A stretch of DNA of 64,000 nucleotides from Trueperaceae bacterium (GCA_965213705.1 OZ243913.1:256001-320000), one strand, 5' to 3'. Counted from the stretch's first letter, positions 32,577-43,166 are shown. Translations and numbers: made by a program. The notes: generated by a model from the sequence alone, not told the origin.

Positions 32577-33308
32577 TCATAGGGTCTCCAGCTCGAGCAC
32601 CCTTGCCACCACCGCACGCACGTTTTCTTCGGGTGAGGGCTGTGTGCCGCCCAGGTGCAGCCACTCGTCGGTTTTTACGAAGCCGATGGGGTGGCCTTGC
32701 TCCAGGGCCAACTGCAAGTTCGGCATCATCCGGTATTCGCCGTGGCGCTGCGCGGTCATCAGGGTCAAAACCTCCGGGCTGAGTTTCCACAAACCGATGT
32801 CAAAGTCGCCCACGCCGCGCCAAGCTTTAACGACCCGGTCGCCACTGACGCTCACCTGCAAGTCGGTTTTTTCACCCACGTGGCCGGGGCCGAGGGTTTG
32901 AACGTTGGGGTAGGGATGGCGCTGGAGTTGTTCGAACAACTCGCTCGGCACATGGAGGTCGGCGAGCCAGGCGACGACGGGCTCCGTCGGTTTAGCCGTC
33001 TCGTAAGCGAGGTGCAGCGCGTGGCCGGTGCCGAGGGGTTGGGGCTGTTCGACGTAGGTGATTTTCAGACCTTCGTAAGTGTCTTCAAAGTACGCCCGAA
33101 CCTGTTCTTGAAACTGCCCCACGACGAGGATGAGTCGGTCTCGCTTAGAGTCGAACTCCGAACTGTTCACTAGGTTGCGCACCGACAGCTCTAAAAAGGG
33201 CCGCAAGCCCACTGGGTACATACACTTTTGCAAGTAGCGGCCCAGATGACCGAAGCGCGTACCCTTGCCTGCGGCCAGACAGAAGTAATCCACGCCAGAC
33301 GCTACCAC
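32577..33308 (-). CDS. Sugar-phosphate nucleotidyltransferase
   Basis: LAAGKGTRF...KCM, QPQPLGTGHA. Confidence 0.85.
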   Translation of the reverse strand: MVASGVDYFCLAAGKGTRFGHLGRYLQKCMYPVGLRPFLELSVRNLVNSSEFDSKRDRLILVVGQFQEQVRAYFEDTYEGLKITYVEQPQPLGTGHALHLAYETAKPTEPVVAWLADLHVPSELFEQLQRHPYPNVQTLGPGHVGEKTDLQVSVSGDRVVKAWRGVGDFDIGLWKLSPEVLTLMTAQRHGEYRMMPNLQLALEQGHPIGFVKTDEWLHLGGTQPSPEENVRAVVARVLELETL

Positions 33309-33406
33309 GGCGTGGGCTTGGCGGGGGGGGCTTGGCGAGGTCGTGCGCGTGAACCCTGCTCGAGTCCACGACTCCCCGCAAACCAGGGTGCGTTACAATC
33401 GCAGCT

Positions 33407-34150
33407 ATGGAATTTTTGAGCGACCCTAACGCGTGGATAGCACTTCTCACCTTGACCGCCCTGGAAATCGTGCTGGGCATCGACAACATCGTGTTTATCT
33501 CGATTTTGGCCGGTAAACTGCCCGAAGAGCAGCAGGCGCGGGCGCGCACGATAGGCTTGCTCCTCGCCATGCTGACGCGCGTGGCGCTCCTCTTTTCGAT
33601 TGCCTGGCTGGTCGGGCTCACCGCGCCGCTGTTCGCCGTGCTGGGCCAGGAAATCTCCGGACGTGACCTCATCCTGATGGTGGGCGGGATGTTTTTGCTC
33701 TTCAAGGCGACGCGAGAGATTCACGACAAGTTAGAAGGCGAGCAGGGCGAGCGCGAGCGGCGCGTGGTGCCCTCGTTTTTGGCGGTCATCACGCAAATCG
33801 CGCTGCTCGACATCGTTTTTTCGCTCGACTCGGTGATTACGGCCGTCGGCATGGCGGACGAACTGTGGGTGATGGTGACGGCGGTGGTCATCGCCATCGG
33901 AATTATGCTGTTCTCGGCCGGACCCATCAGCGCTTTCGTCGAACGCCACCCGACGGTGAAGATGTTGGCGCTGAGCTTCCTCATCCTCATCGGCACCACG
34001 CTCATCGCCGAGGGCCTGGCGTTCCACATCCCCAAGGGCTACGTGTACTTTGCGATGGGTTTTTCGGTCTTCGTCGAGATGCTCAACCTGCGGCTGCGGG
34101 GGAGCAAGAAGCCGGTCGAACTGCACGAGCCGCACCTGGAGGAGACTTGA
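33407..34150 (+). CDS. TerC-family membrane protein
   Basis: LEIVLGIDNI, DIVFSLDSVITAVG. Confidence 0.93.
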   Translation: MEFLSDPNAWIALLTLTALEIVLGIDNIVFISILAGKLPEEQQARARTIGLLLAMLTRVALLFSIAWLVGLTAPLFAVLGQEISGRDLILMVGGMFLLFKATREIHDKLEGEQGERERRVVPSFLAVITQIALLDIVFSLDSVITAVGMADELWVMVTAVVIAIGIMLFSAGPISAFVERHPTVKMLALSFLILIGTTLIAEGLAFHIPKGYVYFAMGFSVFVEMLNLRLRGSKKPVELHEPHLEET

Positions 34151-34202
34151 GTCCGTCAAAAGAGTGAGGCGCTACGAAGTGCGAACCGAGTAGACTGACC
34201 CC

Positions 34203-36089
34203 ATGCGACGTTTAGGTTTCTTGCTGTTGACGTTTTGGCTGGCGGGTGCGGCGGCAGCGCAAAGTTTCAGTTTACAGGACGTGCTTCAAGAGGTTTTCAT
34301 TTGGAGTGACGGCACGGTGCGGGTCGAGGACACGCGCTCGCTCGTGCTTCGGGGCGACTTTTCCGACCGCGTAGAAACGGGCAACACCTACTTTATAAGC
34401 GTAGACCCCAAGCAGGGCAGCAGCGTGATTTTCGAAGGGCTCGAGGCGCTGGACGGCGGGCTGCCCGTGCAAGCCCAAATCAACGGTAACGAGATTTCCT
34501 GGAAGGTGCGCGGCGCGAACGAAACGCGGCGCTTCAAGTTCAGCTACACCCTGACGAGCGAACTTGCTGTGGCGACCGACGTGGCCCGCTTCAACCGGCA
34601 GGTGCTCGAGCCCTCACACGCCCCCATTCGCGGCTATACCCTCGTCATCCACCCGCCCGCACCGAGCCCGGAGCAGTTCAAGGTGTTCATCTTCAACGGC
34701 TCGGGGCGCATCGGCACGCTGAACTTCGCGCCGGACTTTTCTACGGCGACGGTCGGGCTCGAGGCCTTGACCGAAAACGAACCGCTGCGCAGCGACATTT
34801 TGCTGGACGCTTCACTGTTCAACTTTCGCACCATCGACCAGCCGATGGAAGAGCAGTGGCTCAACGAACTCGGCGCGCAAACCGGCGACTTCCGGCGCGA
34901 GTCCGCGCAGGTGTTACGCGACGCCGGACGCGGGCCGCCGCCCGCGCCGCCGTCGCCGCTGTGGGCGGGGCTCGTCTGGGCCGGGGTAGTCGCGGCGGGA
35001 CTGTGGGTGTTCCGGTCGTACCAGCGCTACGGCCGCGAGCCCCAGACTCCCGAGGTCGGCCCGTACTACCGCGAGCCCGCCGAGGAGATTCCGCCGGCGG
35101 CGGTGCCCTTCGTCCTCAGCCAGTCGGACCCCGGCCTCAAGGCGGCGAGTCCGGCCATCGCCGCGACGCTGCTCGACTTCGCGCGGCGCGGCTACCTCAC
35201 GCTCGAGAGCACCACGAAGAGCGGCTTTTTGGGCCTCGGCACCTCCGAAGAGGTGCGCTACCACCTTGCGAAACAACCCGACAACCTCACACCCTTCGAG
35301 GCCGACCTGTGGAAAGCGTTCGAGGGCGCGGCGAGACAAGGCACGTTCGACGCCGACGACCTGAAGCGCTACTTTGAAAAACGCCCCAGTTTCGGCCAGA
35401 AGTGGGTCGCTAAGCCGCGAGCTTGGTACGAGTCCACCCACGGGTCGCTGCTAGATGGCGCCTCGAACGTTGCCGTGTTCACGGTGCCACCCGTTTGCTT
35501 CATGCTGGCGGCGGGCGCAGGTTTCGGGGCGTTTAGTGTGAACGACACCAGCGGCCTGCTCACCACGAGCCTGTTCGCAGGCGCGGTGCTCCTCGTCATT
35601 TTCGGCATCGTGGCCGCAGTAAGTTTGCGCCGCTGGGACGCTGGTAAGCTCTTAAACGCCAAACGCTGGGAAGCGTACCGCAAGTTTTTATCGGACTTTT
35701 CCTTGATGCGCGAGTCTCCCGCCGAACATTACAAGCTTTGGGATTATCACTTCGTCTACGCGACCGCGCTCGGGGTGAGCAAGCAGTACCTCAAAAACCT
35801 CCAAAAACTCATGAGCGCCGAGCCGGACAAGTTTGTCAGCCCGCCGTGGCTGTACGGCTACGGCTCGCCGGGCGGCCTGGGACGCGTTCCCACGCCGGGC
35901 GACTTGGAAACGCTGTCCCGCAGCCTCAACACCCTGTCGCAAATCGAAACGAACTTGGGCAACCTGAACAGCGCGCTCTCACCCCAAACAAAGACCGGCG
36001 GGGGCTTCAGCGGCGGGGGCGGGTTTGGTGGGGGCGGCTTCAGCGGCGGGGGCTCGAGCGGCGGCGGGGGCGGCAGCGGGATGCGTTAG
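34203..36089 (+). CDS. DUF2207-family membrane protein
   Basis: Signal peptide, ATLLDFARRGYL, LWDYHFVYATALGV, Gly-rich tail. Confidence 0.88.
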   Translation: MRRLGFLLLTFWLAGAAAAQSFSLQDVLQEVFIWSDGTVRVEDTRSLVLRGDFSDRVETGNTYFISVDPKQGSSVIFEGLEALDGGLPVQAQINGNEISWKVRGANETRRFKFSYTLTSELAVATDVARFNRQVLEPSHAPIRGYTLVIHPPAPSPEQFKVFIFNGSGRIGTLNFAPDFSTATVGLEALTENEPLRSDILLDASLFNFRTIDQPMEEQWLNELGAQTGDFRRESAQVLRDAGRGPPPAPPSPLWAGLVWAGVVAAGLWVFRSYQRYGREPQTPEVGPYYREPAEEIPPAAVPFVLSQSDPGLKAASPAIAATLLDFARRGYLTLESTTKSGFLGLGTSEEVRYHLAKQPDNLTPFEADLWKAFEGAARQGTFDADDLKRYFEKRPSFGQKWVAKPRAWYESTHGSLLDGASNVAVFTVPPVCFMLAAGAGFGAFSVNDTSGLLTTSLFAGAVLLVIFGIVAAVSLRRWDAGKLLNAKRWEAYRKFLSDFSLMRESPAEHYKLWDYHFVYATALGVSKQYLKNLQKLMSAEPDKFVSPPWLYGYGSPGGLGRVPTPGDLETLSRSLNTLSQIETNLGNLNSALSPQTKTGGGFSGGGGFGGGGFSGGGSSGGGGGSGMR

Positions 36090-36229
36090 CGTGGCGGAAG
36101 TCTCAAAATTTTGGTTTGTCACTGACTATCAGAGTCCCACATTAATAACTCACCAAGCAAATTTCTATACTTCTGAGTCGGAAATTTTTAATTTATGGTA
36201 AGAATTCCAATCCTTACCAAACCTTAATG

Positions 36230-36694
36230 TCAAGAGGAGTCAGTAGGGCGAAACTTTGCGTTCTCTGCTAACTTGAGCGCATACAATTTCTGCTCTGGTT
36301 TGGTTAGAGGCCAACCATTGATGTTAGCGTGCCGCGGTGGCTGATTATCGTAATCAACAATCAAGCCTAAATCGGTAACGTCCTTAACTAAAATCTCAGC
36401 ATAACCACGAAGTGTTTTGCCACTTGGATTTGCGACATACTCAATTCCGATATTTTGAACTTCAATCAGTGACAACTTATCTATTTGAAAGACCGACAAA
36501 TTCGGATAGGGGTGAGGAATAAAGGCTGCTGGTTTTACAGTCAAGTCGCTGCTTCTGTATTGATTTGAGGCAACGATGAATCTTGCCAAAGGAATATATG
36601 GAGCTAACTTAGCCTCATCTATTTTTTGCGAAGATCCTCGCCAAATAGCCCGCAATCGCCTGAGGAAATTCGTCAATGAAAATTTCTGAGCCAT
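36230..36694 (-). CDS. Hypothetical protein, possible ADP-ribosyltransferase/RES-like fold (start uncertain)
   Basis: LARF...AF...LSV...HANI spacing; overlaps the upstream gene; AT-rich. Confidence 0.55.
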   Translation of the reverse strand: MAQKFSLTNFLRRLRAIWRGSSQKIDEAKLAPYIPLARFIVASNQYRSSDLTVKPAAFIPHPYPNLSVFQIDKLSLIEVQNIGIEYVANPSGKTLRGYAEILVKDVTDLGLIVDYDNQPPRHANINGWPLTKPEQKLYALKLAENAKFRPTDSS

Positions 36695-37112
36695 ACGTGT
36701 TGTTGCGCCCGAATAGTCCGGCATAAGATAATTCATCACCTTCGCCAATACTTACGCTGAATACCTTATGAGGTCCAGTCTTCCAATCAAAGGAAATTTC
36801 TCCGTCGGGGTCAGAACTTATATCTAACGGGAGAAAGGTCAAGGGAAGACTGTCTATAAACCGTGAAGCATTATAGAAAATTCGTTGGTTAACCGCCTTA
36901 GCACCATGACCATCCCAGTTATTTTCTCTTGCCTCTAAATACACTTCGATAAGTGTTTGATGAGCATCAAGCCGGGGTTCTCCCAAAGAGTATGTTCTGT
37001 AGGTTTCATCGTTGGTCTCTTCAAAGGATCGACGAACGATGCTTGCAGCAGAACTTACCCCATTATCCCAAGAAACTCTAAAAGGGTTACTAGGTACTAC
37101 TGTAAGAGTCAT
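36615..37112 (-). CDS. Hypothetical protein with an NWDGHGA motif
   Basis: ATGA-coupled to the upstream gene; ENNWDGHGA...DPDGEISFDW. Confidence 0.75.
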   Translation of the reverse strand: MTLTVVPSNPFRVSWDNGVSSAASIVRRSFEETNDETYRTYSLGEPRLDAHQTLIEVYLEARENNWDGHGAKAVNQRIFYNASRFIDSLPLTFLPLDISSDPDGEISFDWKTGPHKVFSVSIGEGDELSYAGLFGRNNTYGSEIFIDEFPQAIAGYLARIFAKNR

Positions 37113-37855
37113 TCGAACTCCTGAATCATCTTGTCAGTGAAGCTACCAAAGAATAAATTGGTTCGGAAACTTCGTAGTGAAACAAACACTTCCCGTATAG
37201 TTGCCTCATCGTCGGGCTCCAGTCGCTCAAAGTTTTTGTAGGCATCTATATCAAGAATCAGTGTAGCATATTCGCCGTTTACCTCAGGTATAAGGGTCTG
37301 CACGTGATTGGCTGTAAGGTCTTTCTCTGGGTCGTGAATTACGATTCGCGTTAAAAAACTACTGAAATAAGGTGGAGCACCTTCAGGTATATTTGGAGCA
37401 GTAATGAGAAGCTCCGAAAGTTCAGTATCGTCCGGGAATGGGTTTATCTGATTTATATACCTCACAGCCAAACGCGTAATAAACTCTGGAGAACAAAATT
37501 TCATATAGATGCTCCAGAGCCTCAAAGCACTAGGAAAGATATCTTCCCAACTTGTATAAGGGCTCAATCGGCTGAATGTAAACCCATCTACTCTAAACTG
37601 TACAACCTGGTTTTCCTCACGATTCCGATAGACATATCCACGGAATCCTTCAGATTCTACTTGTGATCTGAAATCTTCCCCAAATTCAAGTTTTCCCATA
37701 ACATATCTTTGAGTCTGTTTGATTGGATATTCCCTAACTATCGTTTGTCCAGCTCTCTCAAGTGAATCAGCTTCGAAACTTTCGGGCAAACTTACTCTAA
37801 AATCAATAAGAGCTTCTGTGATAGGGGCTTTGTCTAAGTGGCGGGGTATAGCCAT
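37109..37855 (-). CDS. TIGR04255-like protein
   Basis: HLDKAPITEALIDFRV, PYTSWE, RLAVRYINQI, LILDID. Confidence 0.8.
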   Translation of the reverse strand: MAIPRHLDKAPITEALIDFRVSLPESFEADSLERAGQTIVREYPIKQTQRYVMGKLEFGEDFRSQVESEGFRGYVYRNREENQVVQFRVDGFTFSRLSPYTSWEDIFPSALRLWSIYMKFCSPEFITRLAVRYINQINPFPDDTELSELLITAPNIPEGAPPYFSSFLTRIVIHDPEKDLTANHVQTLIPEVNGEYATLILDIDAYKNFERLEPDDEATIREVFVSLRSFRTNLFFGSFTDKMIQEFE

Positions 37856-37988
37856 ACGAGAAAGTATACAGGTAGTTACCTACAATCAATAAAGAATTAG
37901 AAACTCTGGCTTGTTTTGTTAAGGGGGGTGAAAAGAAAGTGGGCTGCGCCAGGCGGTGCGGCTGTAAAGCGTGCGTTACCATACCTGT

Positions 37989-38822
37989 ATGCAAGACCTG
38001 AAAACGCAAAGTCTGAAAGAACGTCTCGGCCACATCATCTTCGAGACGGACACCCCAGCAAGTCGAACGTTCGACGTTGCCCTTCTCGGGCTCATTCTCC
38101 TCAGCGTGATCTTGGTCATGTTGGAGAGCGTGGCGAGTTTGCGCTTTCGGTACGGCTCTACTTTGCGGATGCTCGAGTGGGTCTTCACCCTCCTCTTCAC
38201 CGCCGAATACTTAGCAAGGCTTTACACCGCGCGCAACCGCCTGAAGTACGTGCGCAGTTTTTTCGGCGTGGTGGACTTTCTGGCCGTTATTCCGACCTAC
38301 CTCAGCCTGTTTATCGTCGGCTCACAGTATTTCATTGTAATTAGGGCGCTGCGGCTGTTGCGGGTGTTTCGAGTTCTCAAACTCATGAGGTTTCTCGGCC
38401 AGGCGAGCGTGCTGGCGAAAGCGTTGCGGGCGAGCCGCGAGAAAATCACCGTTTTCGTCGTCACGGTGATGATTCTGGTCACGCTCATCGGCTCGGTCAT
38501 GTTTTTGGTCGAGGGGCCGGCCAACGGCTTTACCAACATCCCCATCAGCGTGTACTGGGCCATCGTCACGCTTACGACTGTGGGTTATGGCGACATCGCG
38601 CCGCGAACGCCGCTGGGCCAATTTTTGTCCGCACTGGTGATGATTTTGGGCTTCGCCATCATCGCGGTGCCGACCGGCATCGTGACGAGTGAAATCTCGA
38701 GAGCGGAACGGCGGGCGGAGGCGGCAACACGGTGTCCAACCTGCGGACGCGCCGGGCACGACGCGGACGCGGAGTTTTGTAAGTATTGCGGGGAGAGTCT
38801 CGCGGTTGCCGGTCCAGGCTGA
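37989..38822 (+). CDS. Voltage-gated-type K+ channel with a C-terminal Zn ribbon
   Basis: TLTTVGYGD; RALRLLRVFRVLK; CPTCG...FCKYCG. Confidence 0.92.
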   Translation: MQDLKTQSLKERLGHIIFETDTPASRTFDVALLGLILLSVILVMLESVASLRFRYGSTLRMLEWVFTLLFTAEYLARLYTARNRLKYVRSFFGVVDFLAVIPTYLSLFIVGSQYFIVIRALRLLRVFRVLKLMRFLGQASVLAKALRASREKITVFVVTVMILVTLIGSVMFLVEGPANGFTNIPISVYWAIVTLTTVGYGDIAPRTPLGQFLSALVMILGFAIIAVPTGIVTSEISRAERRAEAATRCPTCGRAGHDADAEFCKYCGESLAVAGPG

Positions 38823-38980
38823 GGGGCGACCGACGCAGCCCTCAATGAAAGGTTTTCCCCTCTCCCGCATCCTCTCTCAGCAACACTGCGGGCGTGAAGC
38901 GCGGGCCGTGCCGGGCCTCGAGCCGCTCGAAGTTTTCGCCTACATAAGTATGTGCTAAAGTTATGCTAAAGGAGTAAGCC

Positions 38981-39211
38981 ATGCGCGTGACGGTTCATGT
39001 CCCCGACCCTTTAGGCGAGGAAGCTGAACAAATAGCTGCGAGCAAGGGTATTTCCGTTTCTTCTCTGTACGCCGAAGCGGTGGCGCGCCATTTGCAAACC
39101 CTGAAGCGGGAAGAAGCCTTCCGGGAACTTGACAAACTCGTCGGCGCTCCCGTCGCGCCGGACTTTGATGAGCAGCTTGCCGCGTTGCGCCGCGACGACC
39201 TTGAGCGCTGA
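38981..39211 (+). CDS. Ribbon-helix-helix antitoxin
   Basis: SD AAGGAG; MRVTVHVPD...GISVSSLYAEAV; directly upstream of a PIN gene. Confidence 0.8.
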   Translation: MRVTVHVPDPLGEEAEQIAASKGISVSSLYAEAVARHLQTLKREEAFRELDKLVGAPVAPDFDEQLAALRRDDLER

Positions 39212-39222
39212 GGTCATCCGCG

Positions 39223-39621
39223 GTGGTGGTCGGTCTCGACACAGGCTTTTTCAAACATTTTCTCGAGGGTGACCCGACGGCTTTAGACGTTTGGCAACAA
39301 GTCAGGCTCGGCGAAAGCCACTTGGTCATCAGTTGTTTGACGCTGTTCGAACTTCAGCGCCTGGGTTTTAGAGGTGCGATTGCACTGGACAAAGTCACGA
39401 CCTTGCTGACCTACCTGCCGAACGCTTGCGAAATCGTTTGGCTCTCAAAAGAAAACGGACAACTTTTGGAAATGGGCGCACGGCTGGCGCATGGGAACGG
39501 TCTGGCGATGGCCGACGCGCTCATCCTGAGTTCGCTTCTTTACGCTTCTGCGGAGGTGGTTTACACCACGGACGAAGACATGTTTCGCTACCAAGCGGGG
39601 CCGAAAATGGTCAAGCTTTGA
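39223..39621 (+). CDS. PIN-domain (VapC) toxin
   Basis: GLDTGFF, TLFEL, LAMADALI, YTTD. Confidence 0.85.
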   Translation: MVVGLDTGFFKHFLEGDPTALDVWQQVRLGESHLVISCLTLFELQRLGFRGAIALDKVTTLLTYLPNACEIVWLSKENGQLLEMGARLAHGNGLAMADALILSSLLYASAEVVYTTDEDMFRYQAGPKMVKL

Positions 39622-39630
39622 CTGCGTTCA

Positions 39631-41739
39631 TCATTCGTAGAACTTCTTTCCCGTCTCCACATACTCTCTCAACAAAGCCGCTGGCGTGAAGCGTGGGCCG
39701 TGCTGGGCCTCGAGCCGCTCCAACCTCTCGAGGACATTCCCCGGCCCCTGCTCGTCCAGGTAAAAAAACGGCCCACCCAAAAACGGTGGGAAGCCTATTC
39801 CAAAGACCGCACCCACGTCGCCGTCGGCGGGCGTGGCGATGACGCCTTTTTGCAAGGTGTAGACAGCTTCGTTCACCATCGCCAGGCTCAGGCGTTCCTG
39901 AATCTCGCTTTTGGGGACGGTGCGGCGCTCCGACGCGCCGACGAAGGCGTAAATTTCCGAGTTGACCTCTTTGCTTTTGCCGTTTTCGTATTTGTAAAAG
40001 CCGCGGCCGCTCTTGCGTCCTTTGAGCCCGGCGTTCAGCACGTCGTCTCCCAGGGTGACGAGACCGATACCGCGCTCCGCAAACAGTGGGGCCATCACGG
40101 TTGTGACGTGCGCGCCCACGTCGAGGCCGACCTCGTCAACGAGTTTCAAGGGGCCGACCGGAAAGCCAAAGTCGCGCATGGCGGTGTCGATTTCGTCCAC
40201 GCCCGCGCCCTCTTGCAGCAGAACAAGCGCCTCATTGACGTACGGCGCGAGGATGCGGTTGGCGTAAAAGCCGGGTGAGTCCCCGACGACGATGACGGTT
40301 TTGCCCTGTTTCAAACCTACCTGTGTGGCGGTCGCCAGCACCCAGTCGGCGGTCTGCTCGGTTTTGATGATTTCCAACAGCGGCATTTTCGGCACGGGCG
40401 AAAAGTAGTGCATCCCCAACACGGTTTCGGGCCGCTGCGAGGCTGCGGCGATGTCCCCAATAGGAATGGACGAGGTGTTCGAGGCGAAGATGTGGTCTTC
40501 GGGCGCAACCGCCTCGACCTCGCGCAGCACGCTTTGTTTGACGTCCAGGGTTTCCAACACGGCTTCAACGGTGAGGTCCGCGCCGCGAAACGTGTCGTAG
40601 TCGGTGACGGGCACCACGCGCTCCACAACCACGTCGCGCTCGAACGGGGTCATGCCCTTGCCGACGCGCTCCGACACGTTTTCGTAGATGTTGCCCTTGC
40701 CCTTGGCGGCGTACTCGAGCTTCACGTCTTTCAACAGCACGTCATACCCGTTCTGCGCACTCACCTGCGCGATGCCCGCGCCCATCAGCCCTGCGCCGAG
40801 CACGCCGACGGTCTCGACGGGGCGCGCTTGGGACTTGAGCGGATTTTTTTCAGCCGCGTTTTTGGCGAAGAAGAGGTGGCGCAGCGCTTTGGACTCCGGC
40901 GTAAAGACGAGGTCGGCGAAGTTGTGCGCCTCGGCCTCGAGCCCCGCCGCCATTCCCTTTTCCATACCCGTGCGCACCGTTTCGATAATTTTGGGCGGCG
41001 CGGGGTAGTTGCCGCGCGTGCGTTTTTGCACCGTTTCGGCGGCTTTGGAGTAGACCATGTTGTTGAGCGGGGTTTTCTCGAGCACCGTCTCGAGCAGCGT
41101 GGTCTTACGTTTTTTAGAAGCAACCGTGCCGTCCACGAGGCCCTGAGCGGCGCGCTTGGCGGCCTCGAGCAACCCCTGTGGGTGAATCGTCGCGTCGACG
41201 ATGCCCATGTTCCGCGCGGGTTTGGCGTAGACATTTTTGCCACTCAGCATCATCTCGAGGGCTTTTTGCAAACCGACCGCGCGCGGCAAGCGCTGGGTGC
41301 CGCCGAGACCGGGCAGCAGCCCTAAGTTCACCTCGGGCAGCGCGAACAGGGTGCGCTTGTGCTCGGAGGCGAGGACGTAGTGGCAGGCGAGCGCGAGTTC
41401 CAGGCCGCCGCCCACGCAAGCGCCGTGAACTGCGGCCAGAATGGGTTTGGGAAAAGTTTCGACCCGGTTAAAAAGGGCGTGACCTTCACCAATCAGTCTG
41501 ACGACCTCGTCTTTCGTCTCAAACGCCGCGAACTCTTTGATGTCCGCGCCGACGATGAAGCTGTCTTGTTTGCGGCTGATGAGGACGACGGCTCGAGTTG
41601 CGGCGTCACCCTCTAAAGTGTCGAGGAGGTTGCCGAACGACCGCAGCACCTTTTGGCTCAGCGTGTTGACGCGCTCGCCCTCGCTGTCGAGCCACACGGT
41701 AGAAACGCCGTTTTTGGTGTGTACATCGAAAAAGGTCAT
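39631..41739 (-). CDS. fadJ: Fatty-acid oxidation complex alpha subunit (enoyl-CoA hydratase / 3-hydroxyacyl-CoA dehydrogenase)
   Basis: [40 protein letters not shown]. Confidence 0.88.
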   Translation of the reverse strand: MTFFDVHTKNGVSTVWLDSEGERVNTLSQKVLRSFGNLLDTLEGDAATRAVVLISRKQDSFIVGADIKEFAAFETKDEVVRLIGEGHALFNRVETFPKPILAAVHGACVGGGLELALACHYVLASEHKRTLFALPEVNLGLLPGLGGTQRLPRAVGLQKALEMMLSGKNVYAKPARNMGIVDATIHPQGLLEAAKRAAQGLVDGTVASKKRKTTLLETVLEKTPLNNMVYSKAAETVQKRTRGNYPAPPKIIETVRTGMEKGMAAGLEAEAHNFADLVFTPESKALRHLFFAKNAAEKNPLKSQARPVETVGVLGAGLMGAGIAQVSAQNGYDVLLKDVKLEYAAKGKGNIYENVSERVGKGMTPFERDVVVERVVPVTDYDTFRGADLTVEAVLETLDVKQSVLREVEAVAPEDHIFASNTSSIPIGDIAAASQRPETVLGMHYFSPVPKMPLLEIIKTEQTADWVLATATQVGLKQGKTVIVVGDSPGFYANRILAPYVNEALVLLQEGAGVDEIDTAMRDFGFPVGPLKLVDEVGLDVGAHVTTVMAPLFAERGIGLVTLGDDVLNAGLKGRKSGRGFYKYENGKSKEVNSEIYAFVGASERRTVPKSEIQERLSLAMVNEAVYTLQKGVIATPADGDVGAVFGIGFPPFLGGPFFYLDEQGPGNVLERLERLEAQHGPRFTPAALLREYVETGKKFYE

Positions 41740-43034
41740 GCGCCATACCTCTCGAGCAACATAGCGTGTCCCAAACCGCCCGCGGCGCAGGCCGTGACGA
41801 GGGCGTAGCGCCCGTCCTCCGCGTGCAGGCGGTGCGCCGCCGTGGTGACGAGCCGCGCGCCCGTCGCGCCGAACGGGTGCCCGAGCGACAGAGAGCCGCC
41901 CCAGGTGTTGACCTTGTCCATGTTTACGTCGGCCACCCTCGAGTCTCGCCCCAACTTGTCCCGCGCAAACGCGTCGCTCTCCCAGGCTTTCAGCACGGCC
42001 AGGACTTGCCCGGCAAACGCCTCGTGAATCTCAATCACGTCCAGGTCACCAAAACTCAAACCCGCACGCTCCAGCACTTTCGGCGTCGCATAGGCCGGGC
42101 CGAGGAGGAGTTCGTCGCCGGGGTCTTGCGCGACGAAGACGAAGTCGCGTAGGTAAGCTTTCGGCGTGTAGCCCAGCGCCAAGGCTTTTTCTTCGGTCAT
42201 GAGGAGCGTCGCCGCCGCGCCGTCGGTCAAGGGCGAGGCGTTGCCCGCCGTGACCGTGCCGAACGGTTTGACGAAGACCGGCTCGAGCTTACCCAACGCC
42301 GCCATGCTGCTGTCCTCGCGGAAGGTGTTGTCTTGGGTCAGCGCCTTGAAAGCGGGCGGGACGGTTGCAGGGAAGATTTCGGGCTCGAGCTTGCCCTCGT
42401 GTGTCGCTTGCGCGGCAAGCTGGTGGCTGCGGAGCGCGTATTCGTCTTGTTCTTCACGTGACACGCCGAAGGCGGCGGCGAGCTTGTCGGCGCTTTTGCC
42501 CATCGTCTCTTCAGTCGTGAACTCGGCGATGGCCGGGGCTTGCGGGAGCATGTCGGCCGCGGCCAAGCCCTGCACGAACTTGCGGTACTCGAGCGGGTTT
42601 TTGTACTTGCGCGCCTCGAAAAACTTTTGGCGCACCTCTTTTTTGAAGCCGATGGGCACGTCGCTCAGCACTTCGACGCCGCCCGCGATTGCCACCTCGG
42701 CTTGCCCGGTTTGAAGCATACTCACCGCGTCGGCGATGGCCCGGTTGGACGAAATGCAGGCCATCGTCACGGTGTAGGCCGGGACGGTGTTGGGAAAGCC
42801 CGCCCCGAGCGCCGCGTCCCGCGCGACGTTGCTGGTGGCGGGGTTCTGGACGACGGTGCCCATGACAACCGCGTCGACCTGTGCGGGCTCGAGCGCGTTC
42901 CTCACCAAAACCCCCTTGAGGACTTCTCGAGCGAGGTCGTAAGAAACCTGGTCGAAATACTCGCTGCCCGAACGCATAAAGGGCAAACGGCAGCCGTCGA
43001 CCAGGACGACGGATTTTGGACTCGGTTCAGTCAT
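41736..43034 (-). CDS. fadI: 3-ketoacyl-CoA thiolase
   Basis: MACISS, HEAFA, GHPFGATG, CAAGG. Confidence 0.88.
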   Translation of the reverse strand: MTEPSPKSVVLVDGCRLPFMRSGSEYFDQVSYDLAREVLKGVLVRNALEPAQVDAVVMGTVVQNPATSNVARDAALGAGFPNTVPAYTVTMACISSNRAIADAVSMLQTGQAEVAIAGGVEVLSDVPIGFKKEVRQKFFEARKYKNPLEYRKFVQGLAAADMLPQAPAIAEFTTEETMGKSADKLAAAFGVSREEQDEYALRSHQLAAQATHEGKLEPEIFPATVPPAFKALTQDNTFREDSSMAALGKLEPVFVKPFGTVTAGNASPLTDGAAATLLMTEEKALALGYTPKAYLRDFVFVAQDPGDELLLGPAYATPKVLERAGLSFGDLDVIEIHEAFAGQVLAVLKAWESDAFARDKLGRDSRVADVNMDKVNTWGGSLSLGHPFGATGARLVTTAAHRLHAEDGRYALVTACAAGGLGHAMLLERYGA

Positions 43035-43166
43035 TTTTACAGTTTACACCGTGGCCGAGCGCGTCTAGGGCTCTCGAAACGCGGCGGCAAGTGCGAGAGG
43101 GGGCGCAGTCGCTTTCCGGGATGGTTGGGTATGGTGAGTAAAGATACCCTTACGGAGGTAAAACCA

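Noticed and set aside
35995..36080. G-rich repeat
   Set aside because: Encodes the normal Gly-rich tail of DUF2207 proteins
42540..43166. N-terminal extensions of ORF-track calls (AKR, esterase, dipeptidase, rph, SDR) as fusions
   Set aside because: They overlap neighbouring genes or promoters; better starts exist downstream
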